Shown: positions 32,867 through 40,873 of the stretch, piece by piece
How the letters are laid out: every line of letters begins with the position of its first letter
Numbering within the stretch: the first letter of the stretch is position 1
NCBI GenBank assembly: GCA_033720355.1
Contig: JAWWCR010000004.1
Span: forward strand, 1 to 53,891
Direction of reading: 5' to 3'
DNA from: Gemmatimonadota bacterium
GTDB lineage: Bacteria > Gemmatimonadota > Gemmatimonadetes > Palauibacterales > Palauibacteraceae
Length of the DNA stretch: 53,891 nt
The notes under the pieces: model-generated
What the model saw: only the letters and a program-made list of their open reading frames with translations
The model's database searches: none
What the model was told of the DNA's origin: nothing
Made by a program: the position numbers and the translations under genes

Positions 32867-35544
32867 GACGCCGTCTCCCCGCGCCACCGGCGGGCATCGA
32901 TCGACAGGAGGTTCGCCCACAACCTGAAGGCGCCGGGCACCCCGGCCGGCAGCTGGCGGAAGAACGACAGCGAGGTATGGACGTACAGCCCGTCCCCGTA
33001 CGGGGCGACGAGGAGGCTGCTCGTCTGGACGTCCTCGTCGGGGTCTCGCATGCCGAGCAGCTCGGTGTACTCGTCGTCCCAGCTCTCGGGGTAGTAGAGC
33101 CCGCGCTCCTGAACCCAGCCGTCGAAGTCGGCGGCGCGAATCGTGTTCGGTGTCGCGAACGGCGCCGCGTCGGGCAGGCGCAGCGTCACGTCCGCGTTCT
33201 CGTCCGTCACACGTCCGCGGCCGATGACGATGGGGTAGGGGGCGTAGTCGCCGTCGTTGAACTCGAGCCTGTTGTACTGGACGAGCAGCGTCCCGCCACG
33301 CGAGACCCAGTCGAGCAGCGCCCGGTTGGCGGCGATGAGATCGGCGCGGACCTCGTAGGCCCGGACCCCGAGGACGATCGTGTCGTAGCGATCGAGGTGC
33401 TCGGCGGTCCAGTCGTCCGGGCCGATCTCCTCGACGCCCAGACCGAGCTGGCGGATCGCCTGGGGCCCCTCGTCCCCCGAGCCCATCACGTATCCGACCC
33501 GTCTCTCGGCCACACGGATCGGGAACCGGACCACGCGCACCGCGCCGCTCGCGACCATCAGGCGAGGCTCGATGTGCGGGTAGTCGATGAGCGTCACGTC
33601 CATGGCGTCGAGAGGGCCGTCCGGCGTCGTGACGATGGGGGAGAGTTCGAACTCGCCTTCGACGGCGGAGGCCGGCGGGGTGACCTCGAAGACGAGCCGT
33701 GTCTCGTCGCCGGCTCGCTCGAGGGCGAAGGACGCCTGCTCCGGGTCGACCGACCAGCCCGGGGGCACGTCGAGTCGGATCGACCCTGTCACCCCGCCGC
33801 GGTCGATGCTTCGGAGCTGCAACGATACCTCGCGCGGTTCCGAGTCGGATACCGGCCAGATGACGTGTGACGCGACCGGCCGCACCGAGAGCCGCGGCGC
33901 GACCTGGACGGGACGCCAGAACTCGCCGCTCGCCTGGTCCACGCCGCGATACCGGAAGGGCGACGAGATGGACACCGGCATCTCGACCCCGCCGCCCATG
34001 ATGACGATCGCGGCCCGGCCCGACAGCACCGGCGCCTGGAACGGCCGGGTGCGCGTGGCGGCGTCGTCCGTCCAGTCGTAGAAGGCGCCTGGCCGGGGGT
34101 TGCGGAGGTAGTAGGGCGCGGTGGTCTCGGCGTCGGCCGGAACCGTCACCCGGTAACGCCAGAGGGCGAGCCCGCCCGGCTCGATCGGCACCGCCTCGTC
34201 GTGATGCGACGCCTCCTCGCGCCGGTCGAAGAATCGGGAGAACCCGCCACTGTCTTCGGGCGGCGCGTCCTCGTCCGGCGACATCGGGGTCACGGCCCAG
34301 CCGGGCGGCACGTCCACACGCGGCGCGCCCGCCTCCACGCTCGCATCTCCGCCGCTCCACACCCTCGCCTCGAGGACGGCGGTCTGGCCGGGGACGAGGA
34401 TCTCCGAGCGCGATCGCAGCTCCACCCGGACCGCCGCGACCGCGAGCGCGGCCTCATCGAGGAGCGCCCGGCGCCGTCGCAGCTCTCTGCGGATCTCCGG
34501 GGTGCCCCGTGCCTCGGCCAGCTCGATCAACGGGTCGAGATGCCCGATGGCCTCTGCGATGTGGGGCAGCGAACGGGCCGGCGCGACGACGTCCAGCGCC
34601 CCGCGCGCTCCCGAGACGGCTTGCCTGTACGCTTCGACGTGGGTCCGCGCATCGATGCCGAGCGGAGCGGCGAGGGTCGCGAGCGTCGTGTCCACGCCCG
34701 CGAAGATGGGATCGTCCTCCCTCGACGGGACTCGCGAGTCGATGAACGCGAGGTGCGTCTGCCGCGGACCCGGTTGCTGCGCGGTACCGAAGTTCTGCGA
34801 CCCGTGACGGCTGCGGCTGTCCATGGCGATCTGGTGGTACGAGCGTCCGAACACCGGGTCGAGCGTCCCGGTCTCGAGCGCCAGCGTCGCGCTCTCCGGG
34901 TCGAAGAACGTGCGGCGGTACATCTTGAGCGGGGTCCACGGCTCGACGCCCAGGTCGAGCTGCTCGGGGAACCGGCTCGGGTCGCCGGCCGCCTCCCACG
35001 CGTCGCGGGCGAGCAGCCCTGCGGCCTGGTGCTGTCCGTGGCCGTCGCTCGGGGTGCCGCTGAACACCGATACGAGTACGTGCGGCCGAAAGGTCCGGAT
35101 CGCCCAGACGAGGTCCGAAAGCAGGAGCTCGCGCGGCCACTGACCGAACGTCTCGCTCGCCGTCTTCGAGTATCCGAAGTCGAAGGCCCGGCTGAAGAAC
35201 TGCCCGGCCCCGTCGACCGAGCGGGCGGCGAGCAGCTCGCCGCTGCGGATGACCCCGAGGCCCTCGCCGAGCTCGAGCCCGATGAGGTTCTGCCCCCCTT
35301 CGCCGCGGGTCAGCGAGAAGTACGCCGCCTCGGCGCCCATGCCCCGCGCGAGAAGGGCGAGCAACGAGGTGTCTTCGTCGTCGGGGTGAGCGGCGACGAG
35401 CATCACCCGCTTCACCCCGTCGACCTGACGGAGGGCCAGCGCGGCCTCGACGGCTCCGGGGAGTCGGGATGACTGGGCGAGCGCGGGGCTGGCCAGCACG
35501 AGCGCGAAGAGCCAGGGCCACGGGGCGCGGAAGCGATTCAACAT
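32863..35544 (-). CDS. Secreted PIG-L/LmbE family deacetylase with NEW3-like and class I GATase-like domains
   Basis: Signal peptide; AHPDDED, TRGEGGQN, HGQH; PxGW Ig-like repeats; C-terminal WVQERGLYY, FFRQLPAGVPGA. Confidence 0.92.
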   Translation of the reverse strand: MLNRFRAPWPWLFALVLASPALAQSSRLPGAVEAALALRQVDGVKRVMLVAAHPDDEDTSLLALLARGMGAEAAYFSLTRGEGGQNLIGLELGEGLGVIRSGELLAARSVDGAGQFFSRAFDFGYSKTASETFGQWPRELLLSDLVWAIRTFRPHVLVSVFSGTPSDGHGQHQAAGLLARDAWEAAGDPSRFPEQLDLGVEPWTPLKMYRRTFFDPESATLALETGTLDPVFGRSYHQIAMDSRSRHGSQNFGTAQQPGPRQTHLAFIDSRVPSREDDPIFAGVDTTLATLAAPLGIDARTHVEAYRQAVSGARGALDVVAPARSLPHIAEAIGHLDPLIELAEARGTPEIRRELRRRRALLDEAALAVAAVRVELRSRSEILVPGQTAVLEARVWSGGDASVEAGAPRVDVPPGWAVTPMSPDEDAPPEDSGGFSRFFDRREEASHHDEAVPIEPGGLALWRYRVTVPADAETTAPYYLRNPRPGAFYDWTDDAATRTRPFQAPVLSGRAAIVIMGGGVEMPVSISSPFRYRGVDQASGEFWRPVQVAPRLSVRPVASHVIWPVSDSEPREVSLQLRSIDRGGVTGSIRLDVPPGWSVDPEQASFALERAGDETRLVFEVTPPASAVEGEFELSPIVTTPDGPLDAMDVTLIDYPHIEPRLMVASGAVRVVRFPIRVAERRVGYVMGSGDEGPQAIRQLGLGVEEIGPDDWTAEHLDRYDTIVLGVRAYEVRADLIAANRALLDWVSRGGTLLVQYNRLEFNDGDYAPYPIVIGRGRVTDENADVTLRLPDAAPFATPNTIRAADFDGWVQERGLYYPESWDDEYTELLGMRDPDEDVQTSSLLVAPYGDGLYVHTSLSFFRQLPAGVPGAFRLWANLLSIDARRWRGETAS

Positions 35545-35556
35545 TCGAACAAGCTA

Positions 35557-36156
35557 CTACGTCCGGTCACGATCCTCATCACCCCTGCCTTCGGCGGGGT
35601 ATGGATCGGCCAGCCGCGCCCGCCACCACAACCAGACGGCGAGGACGATCGCGACCGCGAGCCCGACCAGCGGAAGCTGTTCGAGGAGCCCCGCGACGCC
35701 CCAGCCCGATACGGTGAACACGATGGCGCCCGGGATGATCCCGATGGCGGTCGTCCACAGAAACCTCCACCGCTTCACTGGCGTGAGCCCGGCACCCCAG
35801 TTGAGCACCGTGAACGCGATGAGAGGCATGAAGCGGGCGAGCAGCAGCCCCCACCACCCGGCACGCATCACGAGATCGTCCGCGCGGCGCAGGGCCTCGG
35901 GGCGCACGAACCGCTCGGCGACCGGACGTCCGAGCGATCGGGCGATCTCGAAGCTCGCGACCGCCCCGAGCATGGCGCCGCACCAGGTAACGGCGGTTCC
36001 GGCGATCGGGCCGAAGAGCATCCCGTTGACCATCGCGGGGGCTTCGGCGGGGATCGGCAGGATCGCGACGCCGGCCATCAGGAGCGGGGCGATCACGTAG
36101 GCCCAGGGGCCGGCCGCGGCCATCCAGTCGCCCACGCTGTAGAAGAACTCCTCCAT
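35557..36156 (-). CDS. TVP38/TMEM64 (VTT/DedA, SNARE-associated) membrane protein
   Basis: PIPAE..G.LFGP, ARFMPLIAFTVLNWGAGLT, GIIPG; RBS GGAGG. Confidence 0.88.
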   Translation of the reverse strand: MEEFFYSVGDWMAAAGPWAYVIAPLLMAGVAILPIPAEAPAMVNGMLFGPIAGTAVTWCGAMLGAVASFEIARSLGRPVAERFVRPEALRRADDLVMRAGWWGLLLARFMPLIAFTVLNWGAGLTPVKRWRFLWTTAIGIIPGAIVFTVSGWGVAGLLEQLPLVGLAVAIVLAVWLWWRARLADPYPAEGRGDEDRDRT

Positions 36157-36412
36157 GCGGCCTCCCGGACGCCTCGTGCAGATTCCGCTACGTCGGGCGC
36201 CGCCACAAGGTTGCGCTCTTCGGCGCCCGGTAGGGGGCGACTATCAATGTGACTGGCGCCCGTCCACAATCTTGGCGACTATCCTGCCCGCGGCCCGACT
36301 GGATCATCTCGATCGCATGAATGTGAGACGGCCATCGGGCATTCGACTCGTCACACGGGCGTCCAGCGCAGCGTCACGTGCCAGATGGGCCAACAACGGG
36401 GAGAAGAATGTT

Positions 36413-36856
36413 TTGGACAAGGTGATGAAATACGTGGAGGAGCAGCTCGCGAAGAATCCGGGCATCTCCAACCAGGAGCTCCAGGAGGGGGCGAAGAAGC
36501 TCGACCGCTCGGTCGGCCAGCTCTCGATCCGACAGTTCCACGCGAAGTACCCGCTCCAGGTCAAGCGTCGCTCCGGTGGGGGCCGGAAGGCGACGCGCAA
36601 GGGCAAGGCGACGCCGAAGGGCAAGGCGACCCGCAAGGGCAAGGCGACACCGAAACGGCGGACGTCGTCGGGTCGCGGCCGCACGCGGCGGAGCGCTGCC
36701 GTGTCGACTTCCGGCGGCGCGAACGAGAACGTGCGCCGGATCATGCTCCAGTTCGCCCGCGAGCTGTCGGGCGCCGACTCGCAGGTAGCCACCATCGAGG
36801 TTCTCTCGAAGCTCGACCGCTACGTCGCCGACATCGTGAAGGCTGCGCAACGCTGA
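36413..36856 (+). CDS. Basic protein with histone-H1-like KATxKG repeats; candidate nucleoid-associated protein
   Basis: TTG 36413 after GGGGAG (or ATG 36425); helical N- and C-terminal domains flank a K/R-rich linker. Confidence 0.75.
   Translation: MDKVMKYVEEQLAKNPGISNQELQEGAKKLDRSVGQLSIRQFHAKYPLQVKRRSGGGRKATRKGKATPKGKATRKGKATPKRRTSSGRGRTRRSAAVSTSGGANENVRRIMLQFARELSGADSQVATIEVLSKLDRYVADIVKAAQR
36587..36655 (+). repeat. 18-bp tandem repeat x4 (KATRKG/KATPKG)
   Basis: AAGGCGAC units at 36587, 36605, 36623 and 36641. Confidence 0.9.
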
Positions 36857-37725
36857 CCGCGCCGAGAGCCCGGGGGCGCGCCCCCGGGCTCGCATTCGCC
36901 GCGCTGGCGCTCCACCTCGGGGCGCTCGTCCCGGCCCGGGTGGAGGCCCAGTTCAGACGGGATGCGCCGATCCAGCACCTCTCGGGTGTGGAAGGCGGCG
37001 ACCTGCTCGTCGGCGCCGGATTCGGCGTCGTCACGGGCGCGGTCTTTCCGGCCTCCGGTCTCTCGGGCAACCTGACGTCCGTCCCCGAGGTCTCCCTGCT
37101 CTACGGGCTGGGCACTCGCGCGGCGATCGGTCTCACCGGGGCGGCATTCCAGCGCCTCAAGATCGGAGAGCGCTCGACCTCGCGGGTCGTGCTGGATCCG
37201 GGGGTCGACGACGGGGTGACCACCGACGCCGGCGACTTCGTCGTCACGGCGTCGTTCGCGCCGCTGGGGTCGTCGAGTGGCTTCTCGGCGGGCGGGCTCG
37301 TCGAGGTGAGGCTGCCCAATTCCGATGAGACCAGGGGGATCGGAACGAACACCACCGACGTCACGCTCGGGGTCATCGGAGCGTGGAGCGCGACGCGATG
37401 GAGGGGAGCCGCCATGGTCGGTATCGCGATCGAGGAGACTCCGTTGAATCCGGTCGACCAGAACGATCTCGTCGCATACGCCGTGGACCTGCTCGTGAAC
37501 GCCTCAGAGCGACTGCGGATGTCGTTCGGCGTCAGCGGAGCGGCGAACACGCGCGGTACCGCGCCGGCCGGGACCGAGAGCCACGGGATGGCGAGGGCGG
37601 GCGTGGAGTGGCTCGTCGGGTCGTGGCGCTTCGATGCCTCGCTCGGACGGGGGATCGTCGATACCTCCACGGGCTGGCGTCTTGCGGCGGGCTTCGCGTG
37701 GACGGCCACTGGCGATGGCCGCTAG
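36853..37725 (+). CDS. Putative outer-membrane beta-barrel protein
   Basis: Signal peptide ending VEA-Q; alternating amphipathic strands; terminal aromatic strand WRLAAGFAW. Start codon uncertain (CTG 36853). Confidence 0.7.
   Translation: MTAPRARGRAPGLAFAALALHLGALVPARVEAQFRRDAPIQHLSGVEGGDLLVGAGFGVVTGAVFPASGLSGNLTSVPEVSLLYGLGTRAAIGLTGAAFQRLKIGERSTSRVVLDPGVDDGVTTDAGDFVVTASFAPLGSSSGFSAGGLVEVRLPNSDETRGIGTNTTDVTLGVIGAWSATRWRGAAMVGIAIEETPLNPVDQNDLVAYAVDLLVNASERLRMSFGVSGAANTRGTAPAGTESHGMARAGVEWLVGSWRFDASLGRGIVDTSTGWRLAAGFAWTATGDGR
36866..36891. terminator. Perfect 26-bp palindrome after the basic-protein gene
   Basis: GAGCCCGGGGG-CGCG-CCCCCGGGCTC; weak U-tract. Confidence 0.55.
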
Positions 37726-37785
37726 CCCGACCCATCGTGCGCGTCCGACGCAATTCCGTCCGACCGGAGAGGGAGCCCGCGGCGC

Positions 37786-38172
37786 ATGAGCGAATCCGAG
37801 ATCCGTCATCTCTCGCGCGAGCGAAGCGACCGGATCGGGCGCCGTGAGTTCGACCGGATGGTCGACGGCTTCTATGCCCGGGATGCCCGCCTCCTCCCAT
37901 CCGGGGCCGCCGCGGTCGAGGGGGCGGACGAGATCCGCGAGTTCTGGCGCCGCACGCCCGATGACGGCCTCGTGTCGCTCACGCTGGAGACCGGCGACAT
38001 CGAGGTGTCGGGCGACCTCGCCTGCGAGATCGGGGTGTTTTACCGGACCGTGCGTCCCCGCCACGGAGCGGCGTTTCAGGAGGTCGGAAAGTACATGGTC
38101 GTATACAGACGTCAGGCGGACGGTGCGTGGCGGGCCGTCGCCGAGATGTTCAACGCCGATTCACGCCGCTGA
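37786..38172 (+). CDS. NTF2-like/DUF4440 (YybH) protein
   Basis: FYARDARLLP, SGDLACEIG, GKYMVVYRRQADGAWR. Confidence 0.87.
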   Translation: MSESEIRHLSRERSDRIGRREFDRMVDGFYARDARLLPSGAAAVEGADEIREFWRRTPDDGLVSLTLETGDIEVSGDLACEIGVFYRTVRPRHGAAFQEVGKYMVVYRRQADGAWRAVAEMFNADSRR

Positions 38173-38184
38173 TCGGGAGGACAC

Positions 38185-38562
38185 GTGGACCACGGAACCA
38201 CCCTGTTCAAATGGGCCGACATGGAGCCCGAGCCGGTCACGGACATGATCCGACGGCGGCTCGTCACCGGTGAGCGGGGCATGCTCGCCGAGGTGAGGCT
38301 CGATCGCGGGGCGATCGTGCCCCGCCATTCGCACGACAACGAACAGTTCACCTTCATCCTCGAGGGGGCGCTTCGCTTCTGGCTGGGGCACGAGGGCGAG
38401 ACCGAGCTCGTCGTCCGCGCGGGCGAGGTCCTCCATATCCCGTCTAACGTGCCGCATCGCGCCGAGGCGCTCGAAGATACGGTGGATCTCGACGTGTTCT
38501 GTCCGCCACGGCAGGACTGGCTCGACGGCACCGATTCCTACTTCCACGACGAGGACGGCTGA
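38185..38562 (+). CDS. Cupin domain protein
   Basis: PRHSHDNEQ..ILEG and GEVLHIPSNVPH; DVFCPPRQDW. Confidence 0.9.
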   Translation: MDHGTTLFKWADMEPEPVTDMIRRRLVTGERGMLAEVRLDRGAIVPRHSHDNEQFTFILEGALRFWLGHEGETELVVRAGEVLHIPSNVPHRAEALEDTVDLDVFCPPRQDWLDGTDSYFHDEDG

Positions 38563-39353
38563 TGGACCTCGGGCTGGAGGGCCGGGTCGCGCTGGTCGCG
38601 GCCTCGAGCAAGGGTCTCGGCCGGGCCGTGGCGGAGGAGCTCGCCGCCGAGGGCGCCCACGTATTCATGTGCGCGCGCGGCGAGGACGCCCTGCGCGAGG
38701 CGGCCCGGGCGGTCGATGCGACGGGCGCGGGCGATGTCGCGTGGATCGCCGCCGATCTGTCGGACCCCGACGAGGTCCGCGGCGTCGCGGAGGCGGCGCT
38801 CGAACGCTTCGGACGGGTCGATGTGCTCGTGAACAATGCGGGTGGGCCGCCGGCCGGCCCCTTCGAGTCGCACTCGCCCGAGGCGTGGCGCGACGCGATC
38901 CGACTGAACCTCGAGAGCGCGCTCACCCTGACCCGCGCGGTGCTGCCGGGGATGAAGGAGCGCCGGTGGGGCAGGATCGTGAACATCACCTCCGTCGCGG
39001 TGAAGGAGCCCGTCGACGGTCTCATCCTGTCGAACAGCGTTCGGGCGGCCGTGACGGGGTGGGCGCGGACCCTGGCCAACGAGACGGCGCCCTACGGCGT
39101 GACGGTGAACAACGCGCTGCCGGGGTACACGGTCACCGATCGCCTCCTCGAGCTCGCCGCGTCGGCGTCCGCGCAACGCGGCGTGTCGGAGGAGGACGTG
39201 CGACGCGGCTGGGAGGCATCGATCCCCATGGGCCGGCTCGGCGAGCCGCGCGAGTTCGCCGCGCTCGTCGCGTTTCTGGCGTCGGACCGCGCGAGCTACA
39301 TCACCGGCAGGTCGATCACCGTCGACGGCGGCCGAACACGCGGTCTTCTCTAG
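38562..39353 (+). CDS. SDR family oxidoreductase
   Basis: AASSKGLG, NNAGGP, SNSVR (atypical active-site motif), PMGRLGEP, YITG..VDGG. Confidence 0.92.
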   Translation: MDLGLEGRVALVAASSKGLGRAVAEELAAEGAHVFMCARGEDALREAARAVDATGAGDVAWIAADLSDPDEVRGVAEAALERFGRVDVLVNNAGGPPAGPFESHSPEAWRDAIRLNLESALTLTRAVLPGMKERRWGRIVNITSVAVKEPVDGLILSNSVRAAVTGWARTLANETAPYGVTVNNALPGYTVTDRLLELAASASAQRGVSEEDVRRGWEASIPMGRLGEPREFAALVAFLASDRASYITGRSITVDGGRTRGLL

Positions 39354-39778
39354 CGGGTCAGGGTGAAGTCGGCCGAGGTCGGGCCGCCCTGGCAGTCGTC
39401 GTCGGCCTGGATCGAAGCGGCCCCGCTCGCCGTGCCGCCGCCCTGCGCGATCGTCCCCGTGGCGATGACCACCCCGCCGCACTGGTTGTCGGGGATGAAG
39501 TACTGAACGTCCAGCGACAGCTGGGCCCCGATGACCGACCCCTCGACCGTGCCGTCGACCGAGACAGGCGATGTCAGGGACATGCTGCCGGTGACCACAC
39601 CGCCTTCTCCCGTCGTGAGCGCCATTGTCCCCGTGTAGGTCTGCCCGTCGTTGGCCGCGAAGTCCACGACGTAGCTCCCCTCGACGTTGTACTCGTACCC
39701 GGGGTCCCCCGGTTGCGGCGTCCCGCCGCAGGCCGCCGCGGCGACGATCGTCGCCAGCAATGCCGCTCTCGCGCCCAT
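39350..39778 (-). CDS. Hypothetical lipoprotein
   Basis: ATG 39778 after GGAGGAG; lipobox AAACGG; beta-rich mature part with one Cys pair. Confidence 0.75.
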   Translation of the reverse strand: MGARAALLATIVAAAACGGTPQPGDPGYEYNVEGSYVVDFAANDGQTYTGTMALTTGEGGVVTGSMSLTSPVSVDGTVEGSVIGAQLSLDVQYFIPDNQCGGVVIATGTIAQGGGTASGAASIQADDDCQGGPTSADFTLTR

Positions 39779-39991
39779 GCCGTCTCCTCCGCTCGGATTC
39801 GGAACTGGTGATGTCACGGCCCCTGACGCGTCGGGCGTCAGGAGCTCGAGTCGCTCGCACTACGCTACGCCCGCCCGACCGGAAGGGTTTCGTCTGCTCC
39901 CGGCCGCCGGCGTCGCCGCGTTGCCGTGGCGATCAGGTGGGGGCAGAATGCGCGTTTCCCCACGGCTCCGCGAGCGGCGGACGGATCGGGC

Positions 39992-40873
39992 ATGGTGGAT
40001 AACGAGACAGCGAGTGGACCGGGTCCCCTCCACGTACACGAGTGGCGGACCTCGGAAACGCCCCGCGCCACCGTCCTCATCCTCCACGGCGTGTGCGAGC
40101 ACGGCGGGCGTTATTCGCGGCTCGCCGGCTCGCTCACCCGGGTGGGGCTGCGCGTGATCGCTCCCGATCTGAGGGGGCACGGCCGGTCCGTGGGGCGACG
40201 CTGCCACGTCGATCGCTGGAGCGAGTATCCGGCCGATGTCGATGGGGTCGCCGCGGCCCGGTGCGCCGATGCCCGGGAGCCCCTTTTCGTGTTCGGCCAC
40301 AGCATGGGGGCGCTCATCGCCATCGAGCTCGCGATGCGTGCGACCTCATCGGCGGCGCCCGGGGTTCGCGGCGTGGGTGGTCGACCGGTGACCGGGTGGA
40401 TCCTCTCCGGCGCCGGGATCGAGCCGACGGGCATCGCGAAGCCGTGGCTGGTCGCGATCGCGAAGCTGCTGTCCGGCATCGCCCCGCGCGTGACGCTGGA
40501 TCTCGGGATCGGCGCCGAGGCGCTGTCGCACGACCCCGGGGTAATCGAGGCGTACCGGAGCGACCCTCTCGTCGAGAACCGCGCGACCGTGCGCTGGGGC
40601 ACGGAGGCGCTGGCCGCCCTCGATCGGATCAGGGCGGGAGCGGCCGGGATCGACGCGCCGGTCCTCATCCTTCACGGGGGCGCCGACCCGCTCTCTAAGC
40701 CGGAAGGGAGCCGGTGGCTCGCGGAGGCGATCGGGGAGGGGGCGACGCTTCGCATCTACGACGGGGCGCTCCACGAGCCGCACAACGACCCTGCCTTCGC
40801 CGACGCCGCGACGGACATCGTCGCGTGGGTCGACGAGCGACTGGACGACGCGTTCGAGGGGTCGGGCCGATGA
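39992..40873 (+). CDS. Alpha/beta hydrolase (lysophospholipase/monoacylglycerol lipase-like)
   Basis: HGVCEHGGRY, DLRGHGRS, GHSMG, HGGAD, HE. Confidence 0.92.
   Translation: MVDNETASGPGPLHVHEWRTSETPRATVLILHGVCEHGGRYSRLAGSLTRVGLRVIAPDLRGHGRSVGRRCHVDRWSEYPADVDGVAAARCADAREPLFVFGHSMGALIAIELAMRATSSAAPGVRGVGGRPVTGWILSGAGIEPTGIAKPWLVAIAKLLSGIAPRVTLDLGIGAEALSHDPGVIEAYRSDPLVENRATVRWGTEALAALDRIRAGAAGIDAPVLILHGGADPLSKPEGSRWLAEAIGEGATLRIYDGALHEPHNDPAFADAATDIVAWVDERLDDAFEGSGR

Noticed and set aside
36196-36283. Short direct repeats (GGCGACTATC x2) upstream of the basic protein gene
   Set aside because: Could be regulatory, but two 10-mers alone are too weak and I recognised no RNA family structure.
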